From contig NC_087437.1 in the NCBI RefSeq assembly GCF_036321535.1, positions 60,452,001 through 60,516,000 on the forward strand: 64,000 nucleotides of DNA, in the 5' to 3' direction. Position numbers and translations under genes: made by a program. Under the pieces are notes generated by a model that worked only from the letters and a program-made list of their open reading frames with translations, searched no databases and was not told where the DNA came from. This document shows positions 1 through 11,229 of this stretch, one piece after another. Source of the stretch: Camelus dromedarius (lineage: Eukaryota). The stretch's first letter is position 1; each line of letters opens with the position of its first letter.

Positions 1-192
1 TTTTTAAAAATATTGACATGACTTTAAAATGGAGAACCATTTCTCTCAGACTTTATGTATTAAACCATAAAATACACTTGGCATACAGTTAAATAGTATT
101 GAGTATTAGGGTAGTTATGAAAATCATGATTTGAATTGAACTCATACTGCTTTTCAAAGCTTCATCATTTAATAATTTCCTATACTTTACAG

Positions 193-357
193 AAATACCG
201 GTATCAGGATGAAGATACACCTCCTCAAGAGCACATTTCTCCACAAATCACTAATGAGGTGATAGGTCCAGAATTGGTTCATGTCTCAGAGAAGAACCTG
301 TCAGAAATTGAGAATGTCCATGGATTTGTTTCTCACTCTCATATTTCACCAATAAAG
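193..357 (+). CDS. DLG1: DLG1 internal coding exon, N-terminal linker after L27 ([11 protein letters not shown]...HISPIK), 165 nt, phase 0-0
   Basis: Acceptor tactttacAG at 191-192 and donor GTaaga at 358. The 55-aa translation begins with the [11 protein letters not shown] motif of DLG-family MAGUKs. Confidence 0.97.
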
Positions 358-629
358 GTAAGATAATAACTTTATTTGGTTGCTATGAATTATATATTAC
401 TTTTGTTACTAATATAGCTCATGCTCAGAGAGAATGATTCTTTCATGTAGGATTTTCCCCCCTTGATTGTTTCTGGTTTTGTAGTTAAAAGAAATTTCAT
501 AATTATTAGCATTTGAAAACATTTTAAAAATATATATTTTATAAGTGAATTTTATTCAGTGACATTGTCTTGAACTCTAAAATTTTTCATGAAGGAAATA
601 ACTTTTGTATTTCAAATACCCACATTAAA

Positions 630-2460
630 ATATTTTTAAACTTCAAAAAAAATTAGTAGGTACAGTACAGAAAAAGAGCATTAACAGTATCTTTGGAGTC
701 CAGTATGTGGCCTTACCTGATCCCATCACCTTGTCTCTCCCCTCAGAAATAACCACAATCCTGGTTTCATGTATTTAGATTTCTAATTAATATATTTCTT
801 TTGCCTGTTTTGAATTTTATATAATTGGAATTATACTGTATATAATCTCTAATTGCATTTTTTACTCAACATTATATTCCCAAGGTTCATTATTTTCATT
901 GCTCTAGAGTTTTCTATTTATCTTATTTTTATAAGATAAATAAAGATATAATTTATCTTATTTTTGATGGATATTGAGTTATTTTCAGATTAGTACTAGT
1001 ATGAAAAGTGCTATTCAAAACTTTGGTTATGTATACACATTTTGTGGATAACACCAGATTATTTTCCAAATGGTTGTTTAACTTACATTTTCAACAGCAA
1101 CGTGTAACAGCTTTAATTGACCTATATTTTCAGCAATACTTGGTATTGTTTTGCCATTGAAGTAGTATCTCATTGTGATTTTAGTGTCCATTTCATTGAT
1201 AAAATTGGTCATTCAGGCTTCCTGTTCTATGACATACCCTCTCAAGACTTTTTTTCTCATTTTTGTATTGGATTGTCTTTTTTACTGATTTGTACAAGTT
1301 CTCTATATATTCTGGATACTAATCCTTTGTTAGTTGTATGTATTGTGTATAAGGATCATTTCTTACTAGTAAACCTTAAAATGGATTTTGTAATTCTCTT
1401 TGAAGGGTGATATCATATTACTGGTTAAAAATTTTAATGGTTATTTAGTACCATTCAGATTTTCTATTGATAGTTTTTCTAGGAATTTGTCCATTTCATA
1501 CTTAACTTCAAAGTAGCCTCAACATCCTATTATTTTTTTATGTCTGTCGCATATTTAGGTGTAACCCCCTTTTCATGCCTAATATTGTTTATTTATGACT
1601 CCCCCTCCTTGATCGTTCTTGCCAAAGGATGGTCAATTTCGAAGAACCCACGTCTTTTTAAAAGATCTCCTGTGTCCCTCCCCCATGTGCTGTCACCTCC
1701 ATCCCCCTTCATACACACATGTTCATATAAGTGTGTGGATAGCCTACATATCAATTAAAGATTGTGTTTGGCAGAAGCAGTCCAATCTTCCCTTGGGAGG
1801 CTAAATGATACATACACAGGGGAAAAACATCGGTTGGCTGTTACTGACAGAGACAGTTTTCCTTTTTACCTTTTCCCCTTTCTCTTATCATTATTATTTT
1901 ACTTTATTTTGCCTTCTTTGAGTTTATTCTGTGCAGATTTTTTTCCCCTGGTTTCTCAAGTTGGTTGCCTATTGCGTTATCAGCCTTTTCTAGTGGTATT
2001 TGAGTTTGTAAATTTTCCTTTAAATAACACTTTAGCTGTATCCCATAGGTTTTAATATGCAGTGTTTTTCATCACTCAAATGTTTTCTTTTATTTCCATT
2101 ATGATTTTTTTCTTTGTCCCATGAGTTGTTTAGAAGCATGTTTCTTACTTTCTAAACATGGAAAGCATTTATTCCTTCTGTGTCTTCTTTTAGATTTTGT
2201 TTTCTCATCGCATTTCTCCTTATTAGTTTGGAAGTTACTCTGTTTCTCTTCCTTTAATGGTTATCCTAGAAATTTTAATATATATATTTAGCTTACAAAA
2301 ATCTAAACTCAGTAAATATATTTCCCCCTCATTCTGAACAACTCATAAGAACCTTAGAACATTTGAGTTCTAAGCACTCCCTCCTGCTTTTATGCTATTC
2401 TTATAAGCCTATGCCTGTTTTTTCTTGACTGAATTAATATAACCTATTTCTTACTTTAGT
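630..2460 (-). mobile_element. Highly decayed ancient L1 (L1ME-like) fragments
   Basis: Antisense L1 ORF2/3'UTR-type text, e.g. tctctatatattctggatactaatcctttgttag and tttagctgtatcccataggttttaatatg. Confidence 0.7.
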
Positions 2461-3082
2461 CACAAAACCCTCCTAGGTATGTATAATTCTTTTGTTGGTG
2501 ATGTTTTGAATTTTGATTGATTATTATTGTTACAAATTACCCAAAACCAGTTTGTACAAACCCAGCTCCTTAGTCTTCTGGTGAGAGTTTGGCAGTTACT
2601 TCTGTATGTATGCAGATTCTGACACAAGCTGACTTTTAAACAGTGAGCCAGGTTATGTATAAAGTATTTTATATAGACTCTTTAAATATGATGAAGCCTC
2701 AACTCTCTGTGTTGTGTATGATTCTCACTCTTGGCAAATAAAAGAATATACCAGAGACAAGATTTTGTTACCCAGAATTTCCAGACATTTTAGAGATTAA
2801 ATCTAAAATGCTATCCCTAAGGATATAAGCCCCTTCAGAGACTTTTCTTTCCCTTATTCAGGGGTGGATTGTGTCCCTAAATTGATTTAGCCAGTCCATA
2901 TAACTGAAATATAATGAGTTTCACCAGTGACAGCCCATTTCATTCATTATGATCATTGGGAAAACTTTTGATGTTGATCAAAGATTAATATAACAGAAAT
3001 CTTCTTGCAGCCATTTACTTTATAATTAAATGTTAGCGGACCTAGAAATGTAGATTCCTGATTAGGACACTGATTGCCCATA

Positions 3083-3260
3083 GAGTAATGGTTCTCCGCT
3101 GTGGCTGGACATTGGAATCATTAAGAAGGTTTTAAAATTGCTATCTGAGTGCTACCTCAGAGACTGTGATTTAATTAGTCTGGGGTACAGTCTGGCCTTT
3201 GGGATTTTTACAAGTTCTCCAGGTGTTTCTAGTGGATAGCCACTATTGAGAAGCACTCTG
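3083..3260. mobile_element. MER5-family hAT-Charlie DNA element
   Basis: Ends ..tggttctc and ..ttgagaagcact, internal gatttaattagtctgggg, about 180 bp. Confidence 0.7.
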
Positions 3261-6200
3261 CTAGAATGTAGCTTAACTGAACCACTATACACATATTTAT
3301 TTACTGTCTGAGATATTTTAAATTAAATTTCTGATATCTCTTTATTTAATCCTCACTCTGCATTGGGACTTAAATATTTTCAACTATTGAAAAAGAAACT
3401 TCTGTAAGATTCTTACTTGCTTCCTTGATCTGACTTTTTTCCCCCTGATTTCCTCACCAAAAGAGAATGAAGTCAGTTTTGCCTGATTCTTTTGGTATCT
3501 GCTTTAAAAATGCTCTTGTCCTTTGCATGCAGTTAATTACTGCATAATAACCCCACAGCTTTTTAAAGACAGATTTGACAGAGGCTTATTTAAAGGAGTA
3601 CATTATTGAGAATAAATATCCACCATCAGTTATAAAAACACATCTTTTTCACATTTTATCTTTTCTGACATTGTCATACATTTTACAATTGCTGGTGTTT
3701 TACTGTTGCCTAAGTGAAGTGGCAGTTTTGAGTATTTGTATATAAATCTTTGTTAACAGATTTTGGTAAAATCAAGAAAGTATCAAAGCATCTTAGTGTA
3801 TTTGGTAATAATTCAGCTGATCTCATTGAAAAGTAGTTGAGTTGTCCATCCTTACACTCCATTCTCTTGTTCTTTTTCATTTTGTTTTATTTTATTAGAT
3901 ATTAATAGCATTAATCTCTGAAACAGTTATATATATATTTATAAAATTGCTTCTGGTGCAATTAGGTTAGGTAGTTGGGTGTCTTCATTGTATTCCCCAT
4001 TTGGCTTGCTGTCTCTCTGATTTATATTTAGGGACTGAAGAGATAAGGATTTTCATTTCCAGGAGAAGAAATTATGTGACTTCCTTTCATCTATGTTTAA
4101 ATCATACTTTATGTCTTAACTTTTTTTTAACTGAGTCTTTTCCTATTATAAACTTGTTTTACACATTTTCCCATGTTAATTTTTTTTAAAACTTGATGCA
4201 TAATATTACCTAGAATAATTTGATGAACATTTCTGGTCTTTGCTATCTGTTATTTCCATTTTTACTGCATTTTGTAAAGAAGGCTTCAGTGAATAACCTT
4301 GGGGCATAAAAAGTATGTTTGGTTTCTTAGGGCAGATTTTCAGAAGTCAAATTACTGGATCAGAAATCTTGATAGGTGGATTTTTGACAGACTATATTCT
4401 GATACAATGTAATTTAAGAATTATTAAAGCTGCCCCATTTGTGATAATTCTTCCTGCTTCTCCTATTTCATGCATTGGTTAAAATTTGAGGAGTGAAATA
4501 GTTAGGAGTGGAGTATCATACTAGCAGAATGGTTAGGGTTCCTTATCTTTCTGTTAGAAAACCAAATTTTAAAAAAAAAAGTTGTTTTTACATAAGAAGG
4601 CAAGTTATACATAAGAATGCTGTTTTTATATGAGAATGCTTTCAAATTTTTACAAATAACTGCATATGTTTTAGGAAGGTCAGCAATGAAGTATATTTTA
4701 CTTAAAATATAAATAAGATTACTTTTTAAGAAAACCAATTTAGAGAGCTTTCCCACTTTCATAGTATTGTGGTTTGGAGTGAAACAAGTAAGTATTGTAC
4801 TATACATAGAACTCAGTATATGAATTATTTTTGTAATTTGAAAATTATCTTTGAATAGCAGCAGTTTGCTGAGTAGAATGTAAATCAGGCCCTGCTTTAT
4901 TCTTCGTAATTCTTATAAACGCCAATGGTTAATAATATTAATAGATGATTGCGTTAAAATGAACTGTTAGAATATTAGTTTTGTTCATCAAATATACATT
5001 TAGCATTTATTAAACATCTGTTCTATGCCAGTAAGTTTGTTAGACTTCAGTGATTGTTATTTTTTATGGAGAGTTATTACACAGTATGATGTAACATGAA
5101 AAATCAAGAGAGAAATTAAATTCTTGATGTATTCTGAAGAAAGAAAGTTGACATTTGGACAAGGTGTTGAAGGATGTGTACAAGGTGCCAGTTCAGAGAA
5201 GGCAGTTACTGGAGAAAATAAGTACAGTAGGAGGGTGATAGTATGAGGAAAACATAAAAATGCAGGAAAGTTCACGATACTGTAGCTGATGTTTAGGCTG
5301 CTCATTAGGGAACGAGGACAAGGTGTAAAGGACCTTGATCCTCAGCTGATGAGTGGCTCTATGAAGGGTTTCCCACCATGAAACATGCTATGAAATAATC
5401 CATTAGTTTTTTGTGGCGCTGGTGCTGATTCTCATTACTGAAATAATGAATGAAATAAGATAGTGATTGAGAGTTACTTTATTCAGGACTTGGCCTAAAA
5501 ATAATTATGATTTAAGACTCTAAAGGGAAAGTTTCTTGGCAGTGCTGGACAGTTTCAAGAAAGAAATTGGTGATATGGTGAAAAATCCTAATGTGGAAGA
5601 AAAGGACATAGTGGGTAAATTTTTGTGGTATATAAGAATCTTTAATGTAAGTTTAGATTTTAAACAATTCTAAATACAGTAGTATGGTACTAATAACAGT
5701 GTCAAGATTCCTAAAGCTGAAAATGATCGAAGAATTAGGAAAAATGGTCAGAACAATAACTTGAACAAATAAACAAATAAAACCTCAGGTTTTTTCAGTA
5801 TAGATTTAAATATAGATGAAGTGACAAGAGTGGCATGGCTTTAATGGGTTATGGTTGCAGTGATCATTGAATAAATAAAATAGTTCATATTTTGCTTTGG
5901 TCTTCAACGGCTAGGAAAATTATGTTTAAATTAATATGTGCAAAGTAAACATAGTTAAGAGGGACTTGAAATTGAAGATAGAACAGGGCATGTGAGCAGA
6001 TAATTATTTTAAATAAGTGTATCATCTAGCCTGGGCATATTTCATTTCAGTAGTACTGAGAATACTATCAAATGAAATCAGCAGCAGCAATTGGTAGTTT
6101 TTCAAATATTGGGAGAAATGGGGGTAGCAAAAGAATGGATGTAAGCAAACATTTGCTTGTTGAACTAAATGCTACAGGAATAGAATCTTTCCCATTTTGA

Positions 6201-6328
6201 GTACATAATGGGTACTTCTTGAAATCAGCTTTGTCTTCACATCTCTGGAACATACTAAAATATCGTTGAATTTTATCTTTTTTGTATGGTCTGGTGTACA
6301 AAGTTGAGCACACAGTTTGCATACAATG

Positions 6329-6347
6329 TGACCACTAGGTGGTGCTC
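6329..6347 (+). promoter_or_regulatory. Candidate CTCF site
   Basis: TGACCACTAGGTGGTGCTC closely fits the CTCF core TGGCCACCAGGGGGCGCTA. TGCA at 6318-6321 lies at upstream-module-like spacing. Confidence 0.55.
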
Positions 6348-6941
6348 ATACAGAAGGGATTTGTATGTGTATAATCAGTTTTACTAGGTACATAACAAAT
6401 CTGTGTTAACCATCTTCTTAGGTTAGTCTTGTCTTAACTTAGTACAGTTGCATGTTTTGAAATTTAACAGGCCAAATTACAAAGATAAAAGATACAGAAA
6501 ATGCTTGTTACATTGCATTTATAGTACGTTGGCTCTGTGGTTACTTAGTATTTTTTTTTCTCTTAGTATTTTAGAGTTTCAGTATTGTTTTTCCTCTCAT
6601 CTTTCAACCTTTTAAAATTTTTCACTAAAATTATTTAATCATTGCCTTTGTTACTATACCTGAGGACTTCTGGGTTTATCTGAGAGTTTAGAAAGGTATA
6701 CAAATAATTGAGGGCCTATCCCATATAAATTTTTTAACTGTCTTTACTTCCATTAATGTTATAAAATAAACATTTCTCGCAGTCATAAATTTTTCATAAT
6801 CATACTTTATGTAATAATCCATGAAATGGATATATTTAGTTTACTTACACTTTCTCCTGTTTAGAGTTCTGCTGTAGATGATATTATTATCTTTCTGTGA
6901 AAAAGAAAAATTAAAATACAGAAAAAAAGAATGTTAGGTAT

Positions 6942-6978
6942 GGAAATATAGCTCAGTTTTAGAGCATTTGACTGCAGA
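6942..6978 (+). pseudogene. 5'-half tRNA-Cys(GCA) retrocopy
   Basis: ggaaatatagctcagttttagagcatttgactgcaga matches the recalled GGGGGTATAGCTCAGTGGTAGAGCATTTGACTGCAGA at 32/37 and ends just after the anticodon. Imperfect direct repeats flank it. Confidence 0.8.
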
Positions 6979-8344
6979 AAAAATGTTACTTCTTTATGTA
7001 TCATTAAAATCTTACTGTGTTTTTGTGATTTAAACATTTGTAGTATTTTTTAAAATTCATTATTTTAAATAGATTTCTCAGGTTTTATAATGAATTTAAA
7101 TTTTGTTTGAATGGAATAGAATTGATCCTTCAGCTCTGCTACATGAGAAGGGTTATTTTAAAGCAGAGATAGGTGAGGAGTTGGTTGCCTTCTGCCTCCC
7201 AGTCAAATTATATGAAACCAATCGTAATATACTACATTCATGGTTTTGTATGTGTTATTGACTACTAGGCAATTGATGAGATGATCCTAGGTTTCCGTAG
7301 CTCAGGTAATGGGACATTTTCATAAAGAAACCTTTCGCAAATCTCAAAGTTGCTTTCTTGATGTCAGTGGATTTGAACAGGCAATTTACACATGGGGAAG
7401 TATTTCTTCCCTGTCTTCAGGATATGTGGCCTGGAGTGTTCTATCAACTTTTGATTGTTCTCAAGCTCTTTGGCTCTCTAGCGTAAGAAATTATTGTACA
7501 CGAATGGCTACTATTCCATATGTGTTGGTACTGTTTGCAGCTTGAGTAGGATATTTGCATTCACATTTGTTCAATATCCTCATCCATACCAATTCAGAGT
7601 AACAGAATCTATATCAATTTTAGGGTTCCTCCCACCCCAGGTTTTCATCAGCTGTGGATCAAGGCACATACTTGGGGGCCAAACCAATTACTACAACATT
7701 GTATAAACCATACTAATCAGTTTTTTATTAAGTATCTGGTCCATAGTAAATCTTTATTTTTTTATTTTCAGTAGGTTTCATTTTCTTTCCTTCAGAGAGG
7801 ATTCTTAGTTCTCTCTCTGCCGTCAGTGTTTTCGTCTATTCTCCTACTCCAAATAGATAAGACCAATCTGTGTAGGTAAAACTGCCAAACACTGCCTGCA
7901 CAGTCCTTGGGAAGAAGCACCAAATTTTGCTATAATCTGTCAGAAAATATCTTGCTCCCAAGAATCCCACATGACTCTCAACCCTTATTGGGCTTCTGTT
8001 TGTATCTTAGAGATGGAATCATAGAGACAGCATTAGCATCTTTTCTTGCTGAATCAGGATTTGCAGTAGACCTGGAGATTGTAGTTTGCCAATGCTGCTT
8101 TCTAGTAGGCTGCATTTAGTTGATGCTGGTAAGCAAAAAATAGCATGATTTTGTCCGTCCACATCTGAAAAAATATTCATGACTGAGGTTGGGAATTATG
8201 TACTTATATCAACTTAAAAATTGAATTACTCAACTATTAGTAAATTATTAAGTAGCATTTTTATTCATATATTATTTTTAAGTTACCATATATTGTATTA
8301 TATACTAATGTAGCATAGTGTTAAGAGGACAGACTTAGGAGTCT

Positions 8345-8517
8345 GTAGTTCTCAAACTTGAGGGTACTTAAGAGTCTCTTAGGGGGCTTTTTAAAAATGA
8401 ACATTCCCAGATCTCCCTTATCTCTAAAAAGTCTGATGGAGAGGGTTACCAGTCTGCATTTTTTTAACCAGCACCCTAGGTGATTCTGAGATGGACTACT
8501 GTGTTGAGAAAAACAGA
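8345..8517. mobile_element. MER5A-like DNA element
   Basis: tagttctcaaactt ... ctgcatttttttaaccagcaccctaggtgattctga ... ttgagaaa. Confidence 0.7.
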
Positions 8518-9139
8518 CCTAGATATTAGATGTTAGAAGATACCTGTTTAGCAATCATACAGTATTATTTTGTGAACCAGAGTATTATTTATGTAGTGTT
8601 GGATAAAACATGTTTCACTGGCTGTAAAACAAAAAATTTACATTTAATTCTTTTACATTTTTACCAGTTCCTAATTTAATGTTTATAGTGAGAGAGCTGA
8701 TGCTGATAATAGTTCTTTTTTATCACAAAAGTTCCAGAAGCCAAATACTTATTTTGCTAATTACTCTGTTTTTGTCTTCAGACTCAATTAAAGCATTTAA
8801 AACCAATACATACATAAAGTGATCATGCTACATTTCAAATGGATTTCTATCATTAGATCCTCAGTTTAATGTAAACAGTACCTTTTAAACCATAGTTCTA
8901 TTTAATATAAGTGCCTTTCTGATGTAGAAATTAATATGTAAATGAAAGTCTCCTTTAATAAAATTATTTTAAACAGAACTGTTAGCAGAGAAAATCCTCT
9001 TGTATTTTATTCAGTTCATATTTATAATTTATTTAAGCAGTGAAGATGCCATTGGATTTTACTTCAGACTGTGATTGAAACTTGGTAATCCAGAGTTTTC
9101 CACCCAGTGCATTAAATCAGGCAGCCCCAAAGGGTCTTG

Positions 9140-9536
9140 GTAGTCTAGTGTATATAATATCCTTCTTTACCTGCTAATCGACCTCACTTCCTGGATTTCA
9201 GTCCGTCTAGTTATCAGCCAACAAAAGAAACAGCTTTTGGTTCCTGCAGACGCTGGTGAAAAAATAATCATGAGAAAGAAATCCACCTTATGCCGTCTTT
9301 TTTGTCTGCAAATATAAATTCAGCCATCATACAGCTAACAGGTACAGAGGGAAGATACAAGCTTTTTCATGGGAAGAAGTTACAGAGAAAATGAGCATCA
9401 TTTCTCAAGGTTTTTATTTTCCCTGATCTACAAGTGATGCTGCTGTAATTCTAGCTGCAGTTTTTACCGATCATTCACCACTCAGCAGCTGGTAGAGAAG
9501 TAAGACTGCTTGGCAACCACCTGCAGGGCTGCAGAG
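9140..9536 (+). promoter_or_regulatory. Putative internal promoter and 5' leader of the alternative first exon
   Basis: Repeat-free sequence upstream of ATG 9537 with TATAAA at 9313-9318. The TSS cannot be determined from sequence. Confidence 0.45.
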
Positions 9537-9770
9537 ATGAATTACATTTTCGGGAACAACACACTTCTGTACTCTCGCGCCAGTCGAGGAGGCAATACTA
9601 GCTCTAGCCATGGCTCAGTAGGCCCAAAGCAGAAACACTGGGCAAAAAAGGGCTCATCAGATGAACTGCAAGCTGAGCCAGAACCTTCACGCTGGCAGCA
9701 GATAGTTGCATTTTTCACTCGAAGACACAGCTTTATTGACTGCATCTCGGTAGCCACCAGCTCCACCCAG
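9537..9770 (+). CDS. DLG1: DLG1 alternative first coding exon (MNYIFGNNTLLYSR...VATSSTQ), 78 aa, L27-less N-terminus
   Basis: ATG with purine at -3 (GAGATGA) and an open frame to the phase-0 donor CAG|GTAACA at 9770/9771. Locally higher GC than the flanks. The peptide matches my recollection of an annotated short human DLG1 isoform. Confidence 0.88.
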
Positions 9771-11197
9771 GTAACATACCACTTGTTGAAATTATTTTCA
9801 GTATATTTTTGGTTCATGTTTGCTTTGCAAAAATGTATTAGTATAGATTTCTTATTATTAAAACATATAGTCTTACGCACTAAAACCTTGGATGCGCAGA
9901 TATGTATGTTTTCATCCCATCTATGCAGGTCTTTAGCACGAAAGGGGAAACAAAAGTATTTTCCCTTTTGCTCTTATGTAATGCCAAACAAAACAGTCTC
10001 AGATTCTGTTGAATGACTTCTCTAAAAATATAAAGCCATTGATACATAAATTAAAGTAAATTAATAATGCTTGTCTCCTTATTTTCAGACTGTGTTAAAT
10101 AAAGTATGCTATCTGACCAAAGAAAATACTTGTTTGTTTAGCTTTTATATGTCATTAGATAACCTGAGGGAGATTGTTATAGTAAAGAAACAAGGTATTT
10201 TGAAATATTTTTATTTTCTAGTGTTTTGAGAATAGATTTAATTGAATACAATTGTCTATTATTGTATATACTAATATCTTAAGGTTATTAAATTATGGTT
10301 TATTCAAGGAATTCAGTGAATCCTTCCATTTCTGTAAATATATTATCTAGGGTTAATTTGAAAGCAGTAAACTTGTGTAATTACATGATTATAGGAATGT
10401 TTTTCAAATATTCAATTGACAGTTTAAGAAGATGAACAAACACTAAAAGTCTCCCAAATTAAAAAGACAAAAATCACATAAAACCACTTCTTTTTGAGGA
10501 GATGAGTCTGAAACTATGAGGAAAATACAGAGTTAATAAAAATTTGAGTGCAATACCTGTGTGGTATTAAAAGAGGGTTGGGAAATTCTGCATTTTAAAA
10601 CATGGTTTTAGTAGATGTTCATTCAACTTTACTAAAAAATGAAAGAAATAGTCTAATTTAAAAACAAGGTGACAATGCTGTAATCCTTTGACATCAATAG
10701 CATTTAAACTAATGGGGCCTTTTAAAAACAAATTCATTTAAAACTATTCTTTTGTTTTTTTAATAATTAGAAGCAGCACTATAAGTATAAAGTAACTGTC
10801 AACAGCTTCTTTCTTGTTTTTGATTACTAGAATTGTCTTTCAATAGTTTTTATTTTTAAATACTGTCAAATTTCTTATGTGAAAATATTCTACTTGTTTT
10901 TCTTACATGTTTGAGAGAAATGGAATTACTGGGCGAAGAAGAGTCATTTATTGATTTCATGTAGGCAGTGCGGGTTACTTAAAATCAAAACTTATTCAGA
11001 GGCAACAACTGATTTAACTCTTAGAATGAATGCTGCCTCAAGAATCTAACTAACTTGATTTTGACTACAATTACATATACCAAAAAGGGACACAGAGAGT
11101 AAAACTTGGCATTGTTATTCATTGTAGATTAAGTGATATTTTTCATTGTCAATAAGAAAGATATGTTAAAAACTTTAAATACACATTAATACATATG

Positions 11198-11202
<5 letters not shown>

Positions 11203-11228
<26 letters not shown>
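11203..11228 (+). repeat. (AC)13 microsatellite
   Basis: Perfect AC run read directly. Confidence 0.95.

Positions 11229-11229
<1 letters not shown>

Noticed and set aside
351..356. AATAAA at the end of the first exon in the window
   Set aside because: Explained by the Pro-Ile-Lys codons and adjacent to a strong donor.
7290..8190. Moderately complex unique-looking stretch with several short ORFs, a possible retrocopy or ancient element
   Set aside because: The translations I tried on both strands gave nothing recognisable, and there is no poly(A) tail or TSD. BLASTX or Dfam would be needed.
9542..9880. 112-aa antisense ORF over the alternative first exon
   Set aside because: Shadow of the sense coding exon, with no recognisable protein features.
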